NCBI RefSeq assembly: GCF_000143415.4
Contig: NW_003314265.1
Coordinates: forward strand, 3,468,443-3,532,442
Origin: Selaginella moellendorffii
Taxonomy: Eukaryota; Plantae; Lycopodiophyta
Direction: 5' to 3'
DNA length: 64,000 nucleotides
Part shown: in pieces, positions 1-11,286 of the stretch
Position numbering within the stretch: the stretch's first letter is position 1
Layout: the number at the start of each line of letters is the position of its first letter
The notes under the pieces: generated by a model
Seen by the model: only the letters and a program-made list of their open reading frames with translations
What the model was told of the DNA's origin: nothing
The model's database searches: none
Translations under genes and position numbers: made by a program

Positions 1-96
1 GGTCCCCGATTCATTTCCAACTGTCAGATATTCTTGAATCGACGGCCTTGGTTGAATTTCCATGTTGCTAGCAAATATCTAGGGTTCTTGCGATGG

Positions 97-2622
97 ATGG
101 GAAGAGTTCGCGGCTTGGCGACAGCAGCGATTCGATGCGCCGCACCAGCTTCGGCAGCGCCGCCGCGGGCGCCCGATCAGCAGGCGGCTGCTCTGGTGTC
201 GGCGCTGAAGGTATGTGGCAGCATAAGGGATTTGCGCAAGGGCAAGGCGATCCACGCCCAGGCGGTGGAGAGCAAGCAGCTGGGGATCCATGTCGTCAAT
301 GCGCTGGTGGACATGTACGCGAAATGCGGCAGCATGGAGGATTCCCGCCGCGTGTTCGACAGCATTCTTCACCCAAACGTGATGTCCTGGAACGTTTTGA
401 TGCTGGGCTACGTCTCCAATGGCGAGAGCGATGTGGCTCTGGATCTCTTCGAGAGGATGCAAGCCAGGCGGTCGGGCTGCAAGCCAAACTCCAGGAGCTT
501 CATGGCCGCGTCCAAGGCTTGTAGCAGCCTCGCGGCGAAGGAGGACGCTGTTTTGGTCGATGGGAAGCTCGTCAAGGAGGCAAGTCTCGAGACCGGCAGA
601 GGCATCCATTCTCAAGCCAAGCAGATGGGACCGTCTTGCAGCGAAGACGTTTTCCTCTCGAGCTCACTGATCGATATGTACTCCAAGTGCGGCAGCATGC
701 TCGATGCTCGATCGGTCTTCGATGAGATGCCACGGCGAGACGTGGTCTCCTGGAACGCTTTGATACTGGGCTACGTAGAGAATGGAGAAAGCGAGGTTGC
801 TCTCGAGTTCTTTGGGAAGATGGACTGCTCGCCAAACTCTCGGACTTTCGTTGCTGCTGCCAAGGCCTGTGCGAATCTAGCAGTGAAAGAGGAGGCCACT
901 CAAGAAGATGGAAAGATGGTGAAGACGAGGAGCCTGGAGAAGGGGCTCGCTGTTCACGCTGGAGCTATGGCAAGCCACTGCTGTGGAGATATTTTCGTGG
1001 GGAGCAGCCTCGTGGACATGTACTCGAAGTGTGGGAGCATGGCCGACGCGCGGATGGTTTTCGAGAGCATGCCTCGTCGTGATGTCGTGCTCTGGACGAG
1101 CTTGATGCAAGGCTTTGTGGACAACGGGGAAAGCGAGCTGGCTCTCGTGTTCTTCGAAGATATGAAGCTATCCGGGTGCTGTCCAAACTCTCGAACGTAT
1201 GTTGCTGCGCTTGCCGCCTGTGCGAGCTCGGCAATGCGAGAAGAAGCGGTGGATGTCGACGGGAAACTCGTGAAGAGAAAGAGCTTGGAAACTGGGGTGG
1301 CTATCCAGGGTGAAGCTTCAAACAACAGGTGCTGTGAGGACGTGTTCGTGGGGAACACATTGATCGATATGTACGCGAAGTGTGGGAAGCTAGAGGAAGC
1401 TCGCAAGGTCTTCGATGGCATGGCTGGCCGAGACGTGGTTTCGTGGAACGCAATGATCCAGGGATCTGTTGGAAGTGGAGACAGCAAGCTGGCCTTGGAG
1501 CTGTTCTTCGGCATGGAGAACGATCCGGACGAGAGAACGTTTATTGCTGCGCTCATGGCCTGCGTCCATCTTTCAGCGTCCGAACAACCTGTTCCGCGAG
1601 AAGATGGAAAGCTACTGCGAATCCAGAGCCTAGAAAAGGGGATGGAGATTCATTCTCTCGCCACGAAGCTTGGATGCTGTGAGCACAGATTTGTCGGGAG
1701 CAGCTTGGTGGACATGTATGCCAAGTGTGGAGATATGGTGAAAGCTCGAGCAGTTTTCAAACGCATGCCTAGCCGGGACGTTGTCGTTTGGACGAGCTTG
1801 ATCCAGGGATATGTAGACAACGGTGAGAGCGAGCTCGGGCTGGAACTCTTGGAGAGCATGGACTGTGCTCCAAACTCTCGGACTCTTGTAGCGGGACTTA
1901 CGGCCTGTGGGAACGTTGGGTCCAGTGAAGCTGGAAGGAAAATCCAGGCTGAGCTTTACAGGCGTGGGCTGGAAGACGACCAAGTTGTGGGGACGTGCAT
2001 GGTAAACTTCTACGGGAAGTGCGGAGTTATGAGTGCGGCCGAGCACTTGTTTGGATCTCTGGCAGTCCGAGATATCGTCGCCTGGAATGCAATGATCACA
2101 GGATTCGGCCAACAGGGCGACACGTCGCGCGTGTTCGAAGCCTTTCGCGAGATGCGAGAAGATGGCGTGCGAGCAAATGCGATCACGTTTGTCTCGGTCA
2201 TCACTGCTTGCAGCCACGGCGGCCTTGTTGAACGAGGCAGGGAGTTTTTCCAGGCAATGGACCCTGACTCTGGCATTGTTTGCGGAATTCATCACTACAG
2301 CAGCTTGGTGGATCTCTTCGGGCGTGCAAACCGACTGGAAGAGGCCGTGAAAGTCCTCGAGAGCATGCCTTTGAGAGCGGACGCTGTGGTTTGGAGGAGC
2401 GTCCTCGGGGCCTGCCGTAAGTGGAAGAACGTGGAAGTGGGGAGGATAGCGTTCGAGGCACTGACGAAGATCGACGAGAAAGACTCGGCTGCGTACGTTC
2501 TGATGGCGAGCATCTACCGGAGCGCGGGGCTGTGGGAGGATCATGATAAGCTCAAGACTATACAGGAGGCGGCCTTGAAAGCGGATAGGAAGAGTTTAAG
2601 GATTCATCTACGAGCAGATTGA
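97..2622 (+). CDS. PLS-class PPR protein with E domain, no DYW (organellar RNA-editing factor type)
   Basis: Intronless ORF. First in-frame ATG at 97 gives an Ala/Arg-rich transit-like N-terminus. Repeated 'LVDMYAKCGS..ARxVFD.M..RDVVSWN' PLS triplets; ends with E-type 'VWRSVLGACR...AAYVLMASIY...GLW'. Confidence 0.93.
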   Translation: MGRVRGLATAAIRCAAPASAAPPRAPDQQAAALVSALKVCGSIRDLRKGKAIHAQAVESKQLGIHVVNALVDMYAKCGSMEDSRRVFDSILHPNVMSWNVLMLGYVSNGESDVALDLFERMQARRSGCKPNSRSFMAASKACSSLAAKEDAVLVDGKLVKEASLETGRGIHSQAKQMGPSCSEDVFLSSSLIDMYSKCGSMLDARSVFDEMPRRDVVSWNALILGYVENGESEVALEFFGKMDCSPNSRTFVAAAKACANLAVKEEATQEDGKMVKTRSLEKGLAVHAGAMASHCCGDIFVGSSLVDMYSKCGSMADARMVFESMPRRDVVLWTSLMQGFVDNGESELALVFFEDMKLSGCCPNSRTYVAALAACASSAMREEAVDVDGKLVKRKSLETGVAIQGEASNNRCCEDVFVGNTLIDMYAKCGKLEEARKVFDGMAGRDVVSWNAMIQGSVGSGDSKLALELFFGMENDPDERTFIAALMACVHLSASEQPVPREDGKLLRIQSLEKGMEIHSLATKLGCCEHRFVGSSLVDMYAKCGDMVKARAVFKRMPSRDVVVWTSLIQGYVDNGESELGLELLESMDCAPNSRTLVAGLTACGNVGSSEAGRKIQAELYRRGLEDDQVVGTCMVNFYGKCGVMSAAEHLFGSLAVRDIVAWNAMITGFGQQGDTSRVFEAFREMREDGVRANAITFVSVITACSHGGLVERGREFFQAMDPDSGIVCGIHHYSSLVDLFGRANRLEEAVKVLESMPLRADAVVWRSVLGACRKWKNVEVGRIAFEALTKIDEKDSAAYVLMASIYRSAGLWEDHDKLKTIQEAALKADRKSLRIHLRAD

Positions 2623-2658
2623 TCTTCATCAAGCGGTCACACGCTCGATGCTGTTGTA

Positions 2659-4798
2659 TTACGAACTGGAAGCTAGAAAGGACGGCAGCAACATGGTGGA
2701 CGACCTAGAGATTCGATTGCCAGCATCCACAGAGCTGGGAACCAGCTTTGTGGGTTGCCGCAAAGTACACAGGAAAGTCCAGAAGAACGCGTAGAAGAAG
2801 GCTGCCACGAAGATGGCGACGCTGACAAGTGTTGTCACGCCTCCTTGGTCCTGTTCGCTACCACCTTCTCCGTCTCTTCTAGGCCTATGCGGCGGCGTAG
2901 CAGTGCTCGAACAGGTGTTGATCAGTGGCAACCCACAGAGCTGGTTCCCAGCGAAGAGAGCCGCGTCCATGGACGAGAGTTGCGGGCTGTCAGGTATCCG
3001 TCCCACCAGGCTGTTGTTGGAGACGTCGAAGATGGTGAGAAACGAGAGGTCCGCCACGGACGATGGTATGGAGCCATTCAGACGATTGCTCGCGAGCGCC
3101 AACCTGGAGAGATTCCTTGCGTTTCCCAGGGACTCGGGAATGGGGCCGGTTAACTGGTTGTGGCTCAGGTCCAGCACCTGGAGATTGTAGAGGTCGCCGA
3201 TGGCCGCCGGAATGCTTCCACTCAGCTGGTTGGAGGAGAAGTCTATGGTTGTTGGGAAGGCGAAGCCAGCATAGACGAGGCTTTGCGCGTGAACCAGCGG
3301 GTAGGTGGTGCTCATGTTGTAGAGCTGGACGTTGGCAAACAGTCGGCCGATGCTTGCGGATATCTCGCCCGAGAACCTGTTAAGCGAGAAGTCCATGGCT
3401 CGTAAGTTCCTGAGCCGGGGAAGCCAGTCCGGGATGGAGCCGCTGAAGCTGTTGTTCGAGAGGAAGAGGAACTGCAAAGTCGAGACGTTTTGCAGCATGG
3501 CCGGGACTTTTCCAGAGAGGTTGTTCGATCCAACGTCGAGGCCGATCAGCGAGCTCATCTTGCCGTAGGAGGCCGGGATGGGACCGACGAGCTCATTGCC
3601 GGAGAGCGAGAGAATGAGCAGGCGGCTCAAGTTCCCGAAGCTGTCCGGGAGATTTCCAGAAAACTTGTTCTGCTCCAGCCAGAGAACAACCAGCTCCGTG
3701 CAGTTGGAGAGTCCGGAAGGGAGCTCCCCACCGATGTCGTTGCCATTGAGAACTAGCTGCTGGAGATGCGAGAGCTTCGAGAGCTCGCCTGGGATGGTTC
3801 CAGTCAAGTCATTGCCGTTGAGCCATATCTCTCTGATGTTCGAGCAGTTTCCAAGCTCCGGAGGTATAGAGCCACTGAAATGATTCCTCAAGAGAACCAG
3901 CAGCCTCAAGTTCGTCAAGCTTCCCACCCTCGCTGGCACTGTCCCGTTAAACAAGTTTTGCGAGAGGTGCAAAGTCTCGATGCTCGCAAAGTCGCCATCT
4001 TCCAGCTCCAGTGGCCCGGAGAAAAAGTTGATTCCAGCGCTTAAAACCGAGAGCTTGTGTAGCCTTCGCAAGCTCGGCACCCTGGAGCGAATTGTTGGAG
4101 ATATCCAAGTACCTGAGCTCCAAGTTCTTGCTCCAGATATCAGGTAGATCTCCACTAAACCTGTTATACGATATGTCCAGGCGCGTCAAGTTCGTCATCT
4201 CCCCGAAAATCTCTGGAATGGAGCCGCTGAGTTCGTTGTGCGAGAGCTCCAGTGCCTCCAGTCCCAGATTACCTCCCATGGAAACGCTCCCAGTCAAGTT
4301 GTTGATGGACAGGTTGAGCGATTGCAGCGTGAAGCTAAACTTTGGAACTCCAGCCACTCCCAAGAAGTTCCCACTGAGGTCCAAGCTTTCCAAGCTCTCG
4401 AGGCTGGAGAGGTTTGCTGGGACCTCTCGCAGAGAATTGGAGCTCAAGTTGAGGAGCTTGAGCTGTGTGTTCTTGCAACCAGCCACCTCCAGCGAGGAGA
4501 TGTTATTTTGTGAGAGGTCCAAGCGAGCCAGCGATGGAAGCTTGGAAGGAAGAACTCCCGAGAGATTTAACCTGGACATAGCGAGGCCCTCCACTCGGTT
4601 GTCCGAGCTCCACTCCACACCGCGCCATGCTCTTGGATTGGCGGTCTCGTTCCACACTTTGATGCCAAGCCTGTCACCGAGAGAGAGCAGAGTCTGTGTG
4701 TCGTTGGCGATCCCGGATGGATTCGTGGGGCACTGCGACCGAGATGTTGGGAGAAAGACGAGTAGAAACAAACCCAGCAGCAAATTGGAGAGATACAT
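2659..4798 (-). pseudogene. LRR receptor-like protein (signal peptide, LRRs, TM, no kinase) split by a frameshift near 4080
   Basis: ORF 4798 down (signal peptide, LRRNT, LRRs to 'ISNNSLQG') continues in another frame as 'VPSLRRLHKLSVLS...' to TM 'VAIFVAAFFYAFFWTFL'. No plausible intron at the junction. Could be a sequencing or assembly error. Confidence 0.8.
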
Positions 4799-5207
4799 GG
4801 CCGATACTTCTTATTCAAACCAACTTATTCTTTCATGTCTAGTAATCTATTCATCCAGAGTGCAGTCGTCGATGAAAGACCAGGAAACTCCACAAGCTAT
4901 CATCAAAGATGAACGCTCAGGAATATAGAATGTGGCCTTGGAACTTCTTTTGATTCGGACCGTGACTTCACCAGTTGGACTGGACCGACTGATGTTCAAG
5001 GAAAACCAAGTCAACGAGAACCTAGAAAACGTTGAAACGCTCGTGCGAGATCAAGGAGTCCGACCGAAGTTATCTGACAGTTGTTGTCCAAAGGACTTGG
5101 CGTGTTTTGTTACAAGGTTATTTTATGTGAGTTTTGCATTTCAGATTCGTGGAGACGACCTTTTAGAAGCCTTTCGAAAGCATTTGAGCAGAACAAAAAT
5201 AAATTAC

Positions 5208-6927
5208 CTATTGGAACTCTGCTCGGACGGCTCTGAGATCCATCAATCTCTTCTTAAGCGATTCCAGGACGCGCACCACCAGTCTCTTCTTCGTCAGCCT
5301 GAACTGTACCGCGATCCTGCTCGTCTCCGCCAGGGATTTGTCCGAGAGCTTCGCCTCGTCCTCCTCGATGGTCGTCTTGAACTGGTTGAAAACGATTGCT
5401 GCCAGGCCACAGAGCGTTCGCAGCACTCGCTCCTCGTTGTCACTGCTCACCATGCTCTCCACCCCCCAAGCTTGTAACGAGACGAGCTCTCTGCGCTCGA
5501 GTGGCTCCTGGCTCTCGGCATGGAGGATTCTCAGCGCTGCCAGCAACCGGCCATCAACCTCCTCCGGACCTCCAAGCGTCACCTACACATCAAAACAATG
5601 AGTTCTAGCTACTTCTTTTTCTCGCAGAGAGTAGCTGTGAACCTTTTGTGATTCTCCACTATCAGCGAGACCAAGTTGTTTGAGCCGGTCCACTTGCCAA
5701 GAAGCCGGAGATGAAAATGGTGGCGAGCCCGTACGACTCAAGCCCGCTATCATCCTGGCGTTCTCCATCAAGCTCCCATCGTACCTCAGCTCGATGCGAT
5801 CGTGTGGATTGTCAGGGATGACAAAACCGTAGTCTAGCAAAAGCAGATCATTGCTGAGCGGGCCATAGTTTAGAGTGATCGCTGATCCCTTCTCCAAGTT
5901 ACGTTTAGTCACCACCTGAAAGAAAAACACGAGTTAAATGATTGATGTGTTTGGAAGGTAGAGAACAAGGAACGACGAACCTTCAAGAAGCTGACATCCT
6001 GAGCATCTCTCGACAAGTCCTCCTCGATGTGAGCATTCGGCTGGAAGCTATGATTGCACATATCAATCAGAGGAAGCATCATTGCCGAGCAAAGCTTGTT
6101 GGTGACACCGTGAATCCGGAAAGCCCGGCTCGAGACAGCAGCCATTGCCCAGCCGAGCGCTCCCGAATCAACAGACTGACCAGCAAAAGGATGAACTTCT
6201 TCCGGCAGTGATTCTAGCTTGGCCAACTCGGCGGAGAACTGCAAGAGAAATCGGCACCTCTTTTTCACCTGAAAGAGAAAGGCAAAAATGCGATTGAGAT
6301 TTAAATCCAGATAGCAAAGTTGACTCACTTGATGTGTAACAGGTGCGTAGTCGATGCTCTCAATGTCTACTCCAGAGAAAAAAATCGGAAGAGTGAAAGA
6401 GTGTGGAAGCATGCTGATATATGGCCACCAGTAAGATCCTTTCTGAGCTCTTTCATACAAAAGCTTGAGGCCCAGCCTCATTGCCCAAAGCTCCTCTATC
6501 AGTTCCTGGCAAGACGAGGTCAGTACCAGCGAAACAGGAAAGGAAAAAAAGAACTTTAAGGTCGACTAGGCCTACCTGGAACTCGATTAGCAATCTCGCA
6601 AATCACTCCCTCCGATGGCGCTAAAACCGCAGCATTCTCGGGATCAGGCATCGGCATTGGAACTCTTCGCGGCAGAGTGATTATCGTGGAACCCTGAGGC
6701 AAATCCTGAGTCGCCACAAGCCCCATACCGTGAGAAGATCCACTGTGAACGACATGGAGGCCGCTCCACACAAATCCCCCCTGATTCTTCACCCAGCCCC
6801 GGAGATCCACACTGGCAGCGAAGGCCGAGGCCGCGGAGCTCCAGCGCCTCGCGCCGTGGACCGGCATTCTCGCCCTAGCGCCTGGCGCCATCGCCTGGGA
6901 GCAGCAAAGAACCACCACACCTCTCAT
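5208..6927 (-). CDS. SET-domain lysine methyltransferase, Rubisco LSMT-like (multi-exon)
   Basis: Exons encode 'GMGLVATQDL', 'WWPYISMLP', 'MLPLIDMCNHS', 'LNYGPLSNDLLLLDYGFV..NP.D' and a C-terminal LSMT substrate-binding-like region 'TTIEEDEAKL...AVQFRLTKK'. Start at 6927 or 6891. Confidence 0.88.
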
Positions 6928-7080
6928 TTTCAAAACCCCCCTAAAAACCTAAAGTCTTGGATTTTGAGCTGGAAGAGGAAGCGCGCCCAAAGGTATGTAT
7001 GTTCTTCCGCGCCCTGGCGCCGATCCTCGCCTCGATCGATCGCATCCTATCCATCGCTTGCTCGCATTCTTTGCCATCAG

Positions 7081-8863
7081 ATGGAGGACGATAGCAAGCG
7101 GAAGTGGGACGATCTCTCCGGAGACGAAGGCGCTTCCGAGGAGGACGACGATCTGGACAGTGATGACGAGGAGATGGCTGGAAGGGCCGCGTATGAGAAG
7201 CTCCTTCCAGAGGCCAAGGATCAAGTAGGAGATGCCAAGCCCAGCCTCAAGGACATGGAGATCAAGATTTGCTGCGTGTGCCGCGCCAGGGTCACTGGTT
7301 GGGTGGGTCTTATGGCTCACGCCAGGACCTTCAAGAAGAAGTACGTGGCTCAGCATCGCGGCTATCACAAGGCCCTTGTGGAGGTGATCGATCCCAAGCC
7401 GCAAGATCGCGGGAAGAAAGTGGAGCTCGCCGAGGCCCGGGTGAGCTCCAGGGTCTTGCTCGAGGATCACAAGAAAGTGGTCTGGCCGCCGGTGGTGCTT
7501 GTGGATTGCTCGAGCGTGGAGCAGGCTCGGAGCTTGATCGAGGAGAGTGTGATCGATCAAAGTAAGTGCCAGTGTTTTCTTTTCTCTTTTCATTCCTAAC
7601 TGGTCTTCTTGCTTTAGTTGAGAGGGTCTGCGAAGGATTTCTTGTTGTCTGCAAGAAGATCCCTCTCGCTTTGACGCTGCTGCGCTGCTTGATGGAGCCG
7701 TGTAAGGTGCTCCAGCCGGAAGACATGGCGCGGATTGATCCGGAGAGAAAACTGGTAGACTGGTGCGCTATGAGTTTGGATGAAGCTGCTAGCTACATGA
7801 AGGATCTCAACATGGTGCGAGCTTCACTTTCTTCTTGTTTCTGCTTTTATAGCTCCTTTTGTTCTCTGTGTCAGGATGACGAAAAACTTGCTGACAACGT
7901 GAAGGCTCAAAAGCTTCAAAGCTGGAAGCTCGAGGTCGCCCAGGGGAAGACAACTTCGCTGAATTCGAATCTAGCGAGCTTGCTGAAGCTCCGTGAGGAC
8001 AAGCTGACGGAGCTACGACAGAGACACCAGCCCGGTGATAATTCTGAGGCTCTTAAGGTGACAAAGACTCTCTCTTTGGTTTTCTTACTTTGTTGTCTTG
8101 TAGCTCGAGATCCAGCGAAAAATGCAGCTCTTTGAGGAGCAGCTGAACCACAAGGAAAAGCAAACCGCACATCAAATGGTTTTGAGGAGAGCCAAGATGG
8201 TTAGGCAAAGAAACGAAGCTCTCAAGCAGAAACAACATCTGGAGCGATTGCTGCGGAAGCAAGCCAAACAAACGTGAGTTCTTTTTTTTTTCTCTCCCTC
8301 TCTTTTTCTCGATTCGCGATCAACATCCGCTGCAGCTCGGAGAAAATGGAGCAGCTGAAAGGCAAGCAACAAAGGGATGAGGAAGAGCAGCGCAAGTGTT
8401 TGGAGAAAATTGAATCGGACTTTCGGGGTGAGGAGTTAATGCTTATCACACAACACGAAAATGAGCTCAAGCAGGTGAATTGACTTCGTAGCTTGCCGAG
8501 ATTTGATTGCTTTTCTTTGTCAGCTCCAAGAGGCGGTGGAGAAAGAGACGAAAATGGCACTGGACGAGCTGCTGGATAAACAAAAGCGGGCCAAGCAAGA
8601 GCAACAGAACTCTCCAAAAGTGAGTCGCTTGCCAACACTTAAAATTTCTCATTTCCCGTGTGGTTCCTTCGCAGGAATGCATTGTTTGCACGAGGCAGTT
8701 TTCATCGGAGCTAAGGAGGGCAGTTCTCGTCCCATGCGGCCACTACACGATGTGCATCGAATGCTGCTCGGGAATCTGGAACCTCCGCAAGCCAAAGTGC
8801 CCCGCAAAGTGTCCCGTCTGTCGTATGGTGATCGAGCTCAAGCCCGAGGTCACCTACGAGTGA
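7081..8863 (+). CDS. zf-XS-like + degenerate XS + coiled coil + C-terminal RING-HC protein (SGS3-related), 7 exons
   Basis: In-frame GT-AG exons starting at about 7081, 7618, 7875, 8104, 8336, 8524 and 8675. Motifs: 'CCVC..GLMAHARTFK..HRGYHKAL', 'VVWPPVVLV', E/K/Q-rich coil, 'CIVC...PCGHYTMCIEC...CPVCR'. Confidence 0.8.
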
Positions 8864-8948
8864 GCAACGTACAACATCAAGGTCGGGTATTAGCCTCTTT
8901 TCCAGAGCGTCTTCTTCACTATTGAGCTCAGCCTCTCTTTCATTTAAG

Positions 8949-9050
8949 CAGGAAAAGTCTAGCGAGACAACTATCGAAACTTACAGAAGTTAAACAAGAA
9001 CAGGAAAATTCTAGCGAGACAACTTTCGGAACTTAGAGAAGTTTAGCAGA
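8949..9050. repeat. 52-bp imperfect tandem duplication between the two XS-RING stop codons
   Basis: 'caggaaaagtctagcgagacaactatcgaaacttacagaagtt' at 8949 recurs as 'caggaaaattctagcgagacaactttcggaacttagagaagtt' at 9001. Confidence 0.85.
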
Positions 9051-9267
9051 GATATATGATATAGTCCGGTCGGTCCCCCGACAAATTTTGTACACTCCAA
9101 CACTACTATTCTCTAGCTTATAAAACCATGGAAGATCCCCCAAATGCTTTGCACCAAAAAGTTAAAGCCACTATGCATAGTTCCAAGTTCTTGTTGATCC
9201 TGAAAAAAGCCTTGATTCAGAAAAGCTCCAACTTACCGGAGTATAATGTACGTATGGTAGATAAATA

Positions 9268-10917
9268 TCAGTCGAAGAGCTTGATAGGCTTCTTGTTCTG
9301 GACGGTCCGGCAGTGGGGACACTCGTGGTTCTTCTTCCACAGCTCGTCCGCACACGGCTGGCATGACTTGGCATGCTTGCAGGTGATGTAAAACACCTTC
9401 GGCCTTTCGGGGCCAAACTCTTCGAAACAAACCTGGCACTCCTGGAAAAAAAAGTTTGGATAAAGAAGCATTAGAACAAAGTTATGCTTTGATCACAAGA
9501 TGAAGAGACTTACAAGCCCAAGGACGGTCTCCATCTCCTTGTCCAGAGCTTCCTGGCCGACGTTGTAGCTGTTCCACGCTGCCTCCTTCTTTGCAGCGCG
9601 CTCCTCCAGGAGCTTTGCAACGCACAAAGAAAAACCTGCTTTAGGAAAAAAGGAGAAATACAAACTTGCTTACCTTCTTCCTCTCCTCCAAATGCCGCTC
9701 TTTCATCTCCCGCAACTTGAACTCATGCCTTGTCTTGATTTCGTCAAGGCCCTTCTGCGCTTCGGTAGCAATAGCCACTTGAGTTCTAGCGCGCATGTCT
9801 CTGCAAGGATACGAAACATTCACAGTGAGCGAGATAGACCAGAGAATGCTTCTTACGCCATAGCCAAAGCTTGCTGCACTCTAATATTACTCTCCAGAGA
9901 CGAGTTCTCTCGACGAATGCGAGCCATCTCATCTTCTTCGTCTTTGAGGTTCTTGTTGATTTCGGCGCGCATATTCATCTCTTTCTCGGTGAATTGCCTC
10001 AATCGCTCGGCCTTCTCCGCTTCAAACTGGTCTATCATCCGCTTTTTCTGTCACAGAGATACATACGACCGCATCAGAATACGAGAAGAAACGAAAGAAA
10101 TGAAATGGACAAAGCACTGCCTACTTGTTCTTCGTGCCTTTTCCTATTCTCCTCCTGCCGGCGCTCCTCGGCAGCATACTCCTCGTCCACGGCCATAATC
10201 TCTGCCTTGCGCTTGTCCATGGCAGCCTCATCGGCCGCCAATTTTCTCTTTTGCTCGTTCACCGATGCTAGCAGCTCGGCTTCAATCTTCTGGTTCTCCT
10301 CGCTAGCCTGTAAAGAAATCCTTTCATCAAGCTCATACTTGAAGAGAAGAAAAGAAGCGGCCTTCCTCACCTTCATCTTCTCTCGCTGCGACTTCATCAC
10401 TTTCTCTTGGAAACTCTCCTCCTTCCAGTTCCTCACCAGTCTTTTCTTCCTGTCTAGCTTCTTCATCTCGTGCGGCTCCACCAAGTATCCATAGAGCTCC
10501 TTCTTCTTCTCGCCATAGCGGACCTCCTGCCGCTCGTCACGCCCCCACTCGTCACGCCCCCTCTTGCGATCCTTGAACGCATCATGGAGAGCCACCGCGT
10601 CAATGTACCCAGCGTCGCAATCCGGGAAGACGACGAGGTAGCGGCCCTTGTGCCCTTCCTCCTTGTACACGGGAACAACCCTGCGGATCGCGATCTTGGG
10701 CGCCACTGCGCTCACAGCACTTCTTACCTCCGCGGCATTGAGGCCGATGCTCTTCCCAGTCTCCGGATCATGCCCCAGCCCCGTATTTTCCAGCAGCACG
10801 CACGGCGGCCACACGATGAGCTTGTCCGCGCCGTAGCTGTTCGAGAGGAAGCAGCGAGATCGATCGATCGATCGATCTCAAACAAGACAAGAATCCAGAA
10901 TCATACCTTGCCTGCAT
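9268..10917 (-). CDS. XS domain + coiled coil + C-terminal RING-HC protein (SGS3-related)
   Basis: ATG at 10917 (MQAS|YGADKLIVWPPCVLLENT). Full XS-like block 'IVWPP...GHKG..LVVF....GY.DA..LH..F...RGRDEW...ELYGYL...ESFQEKV', then coil exons and last exon 'CQVC...CKHAKSCQPC...CPHCR', stop at 9268. Confidence 0.85.
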
Positions 10918-11286
10918 TCTTCCAGAACGATCGCGCGCGTATTGCAAGAATGCCCCGATGCTGCTCGATCGTCTTAGATTCTAGGAACTCTCCCTCGCTC
11001 CCTCTAAAATCCCCTAAGGAATCGTTTAAACCCTAAACAAAATTATTGCTACTGGATATTCTCGATTCAAACGATAGTAAGCACTTAATATATATGAAGC
11101 TAACCTCAAAACGTTTTCGTTACATTTTACGTGCTTTCAAGGGTCCTCCAAAAGAGAGAAAAATAAGATCGTCTTCCCACTCCTAAGTAGTTCTCTATTA
11201 CCACGCTGAAGCAGTCCAATTTCCATCCTAAACAGCCAAGAAAAAAAAAATGAGAGAATTTTCGGCAATAAACTTGAGAGGAGCTT

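Noticed and set aside
79-4928. Long antisense and alternative-frame ORFs over the PPR and LRR genes (also over the other PPRs and 27379-29571)
   Set aside because: Shadow ORFs expected from GC-rich, codon-biased, repetitive coding sequence; no independent motifs.
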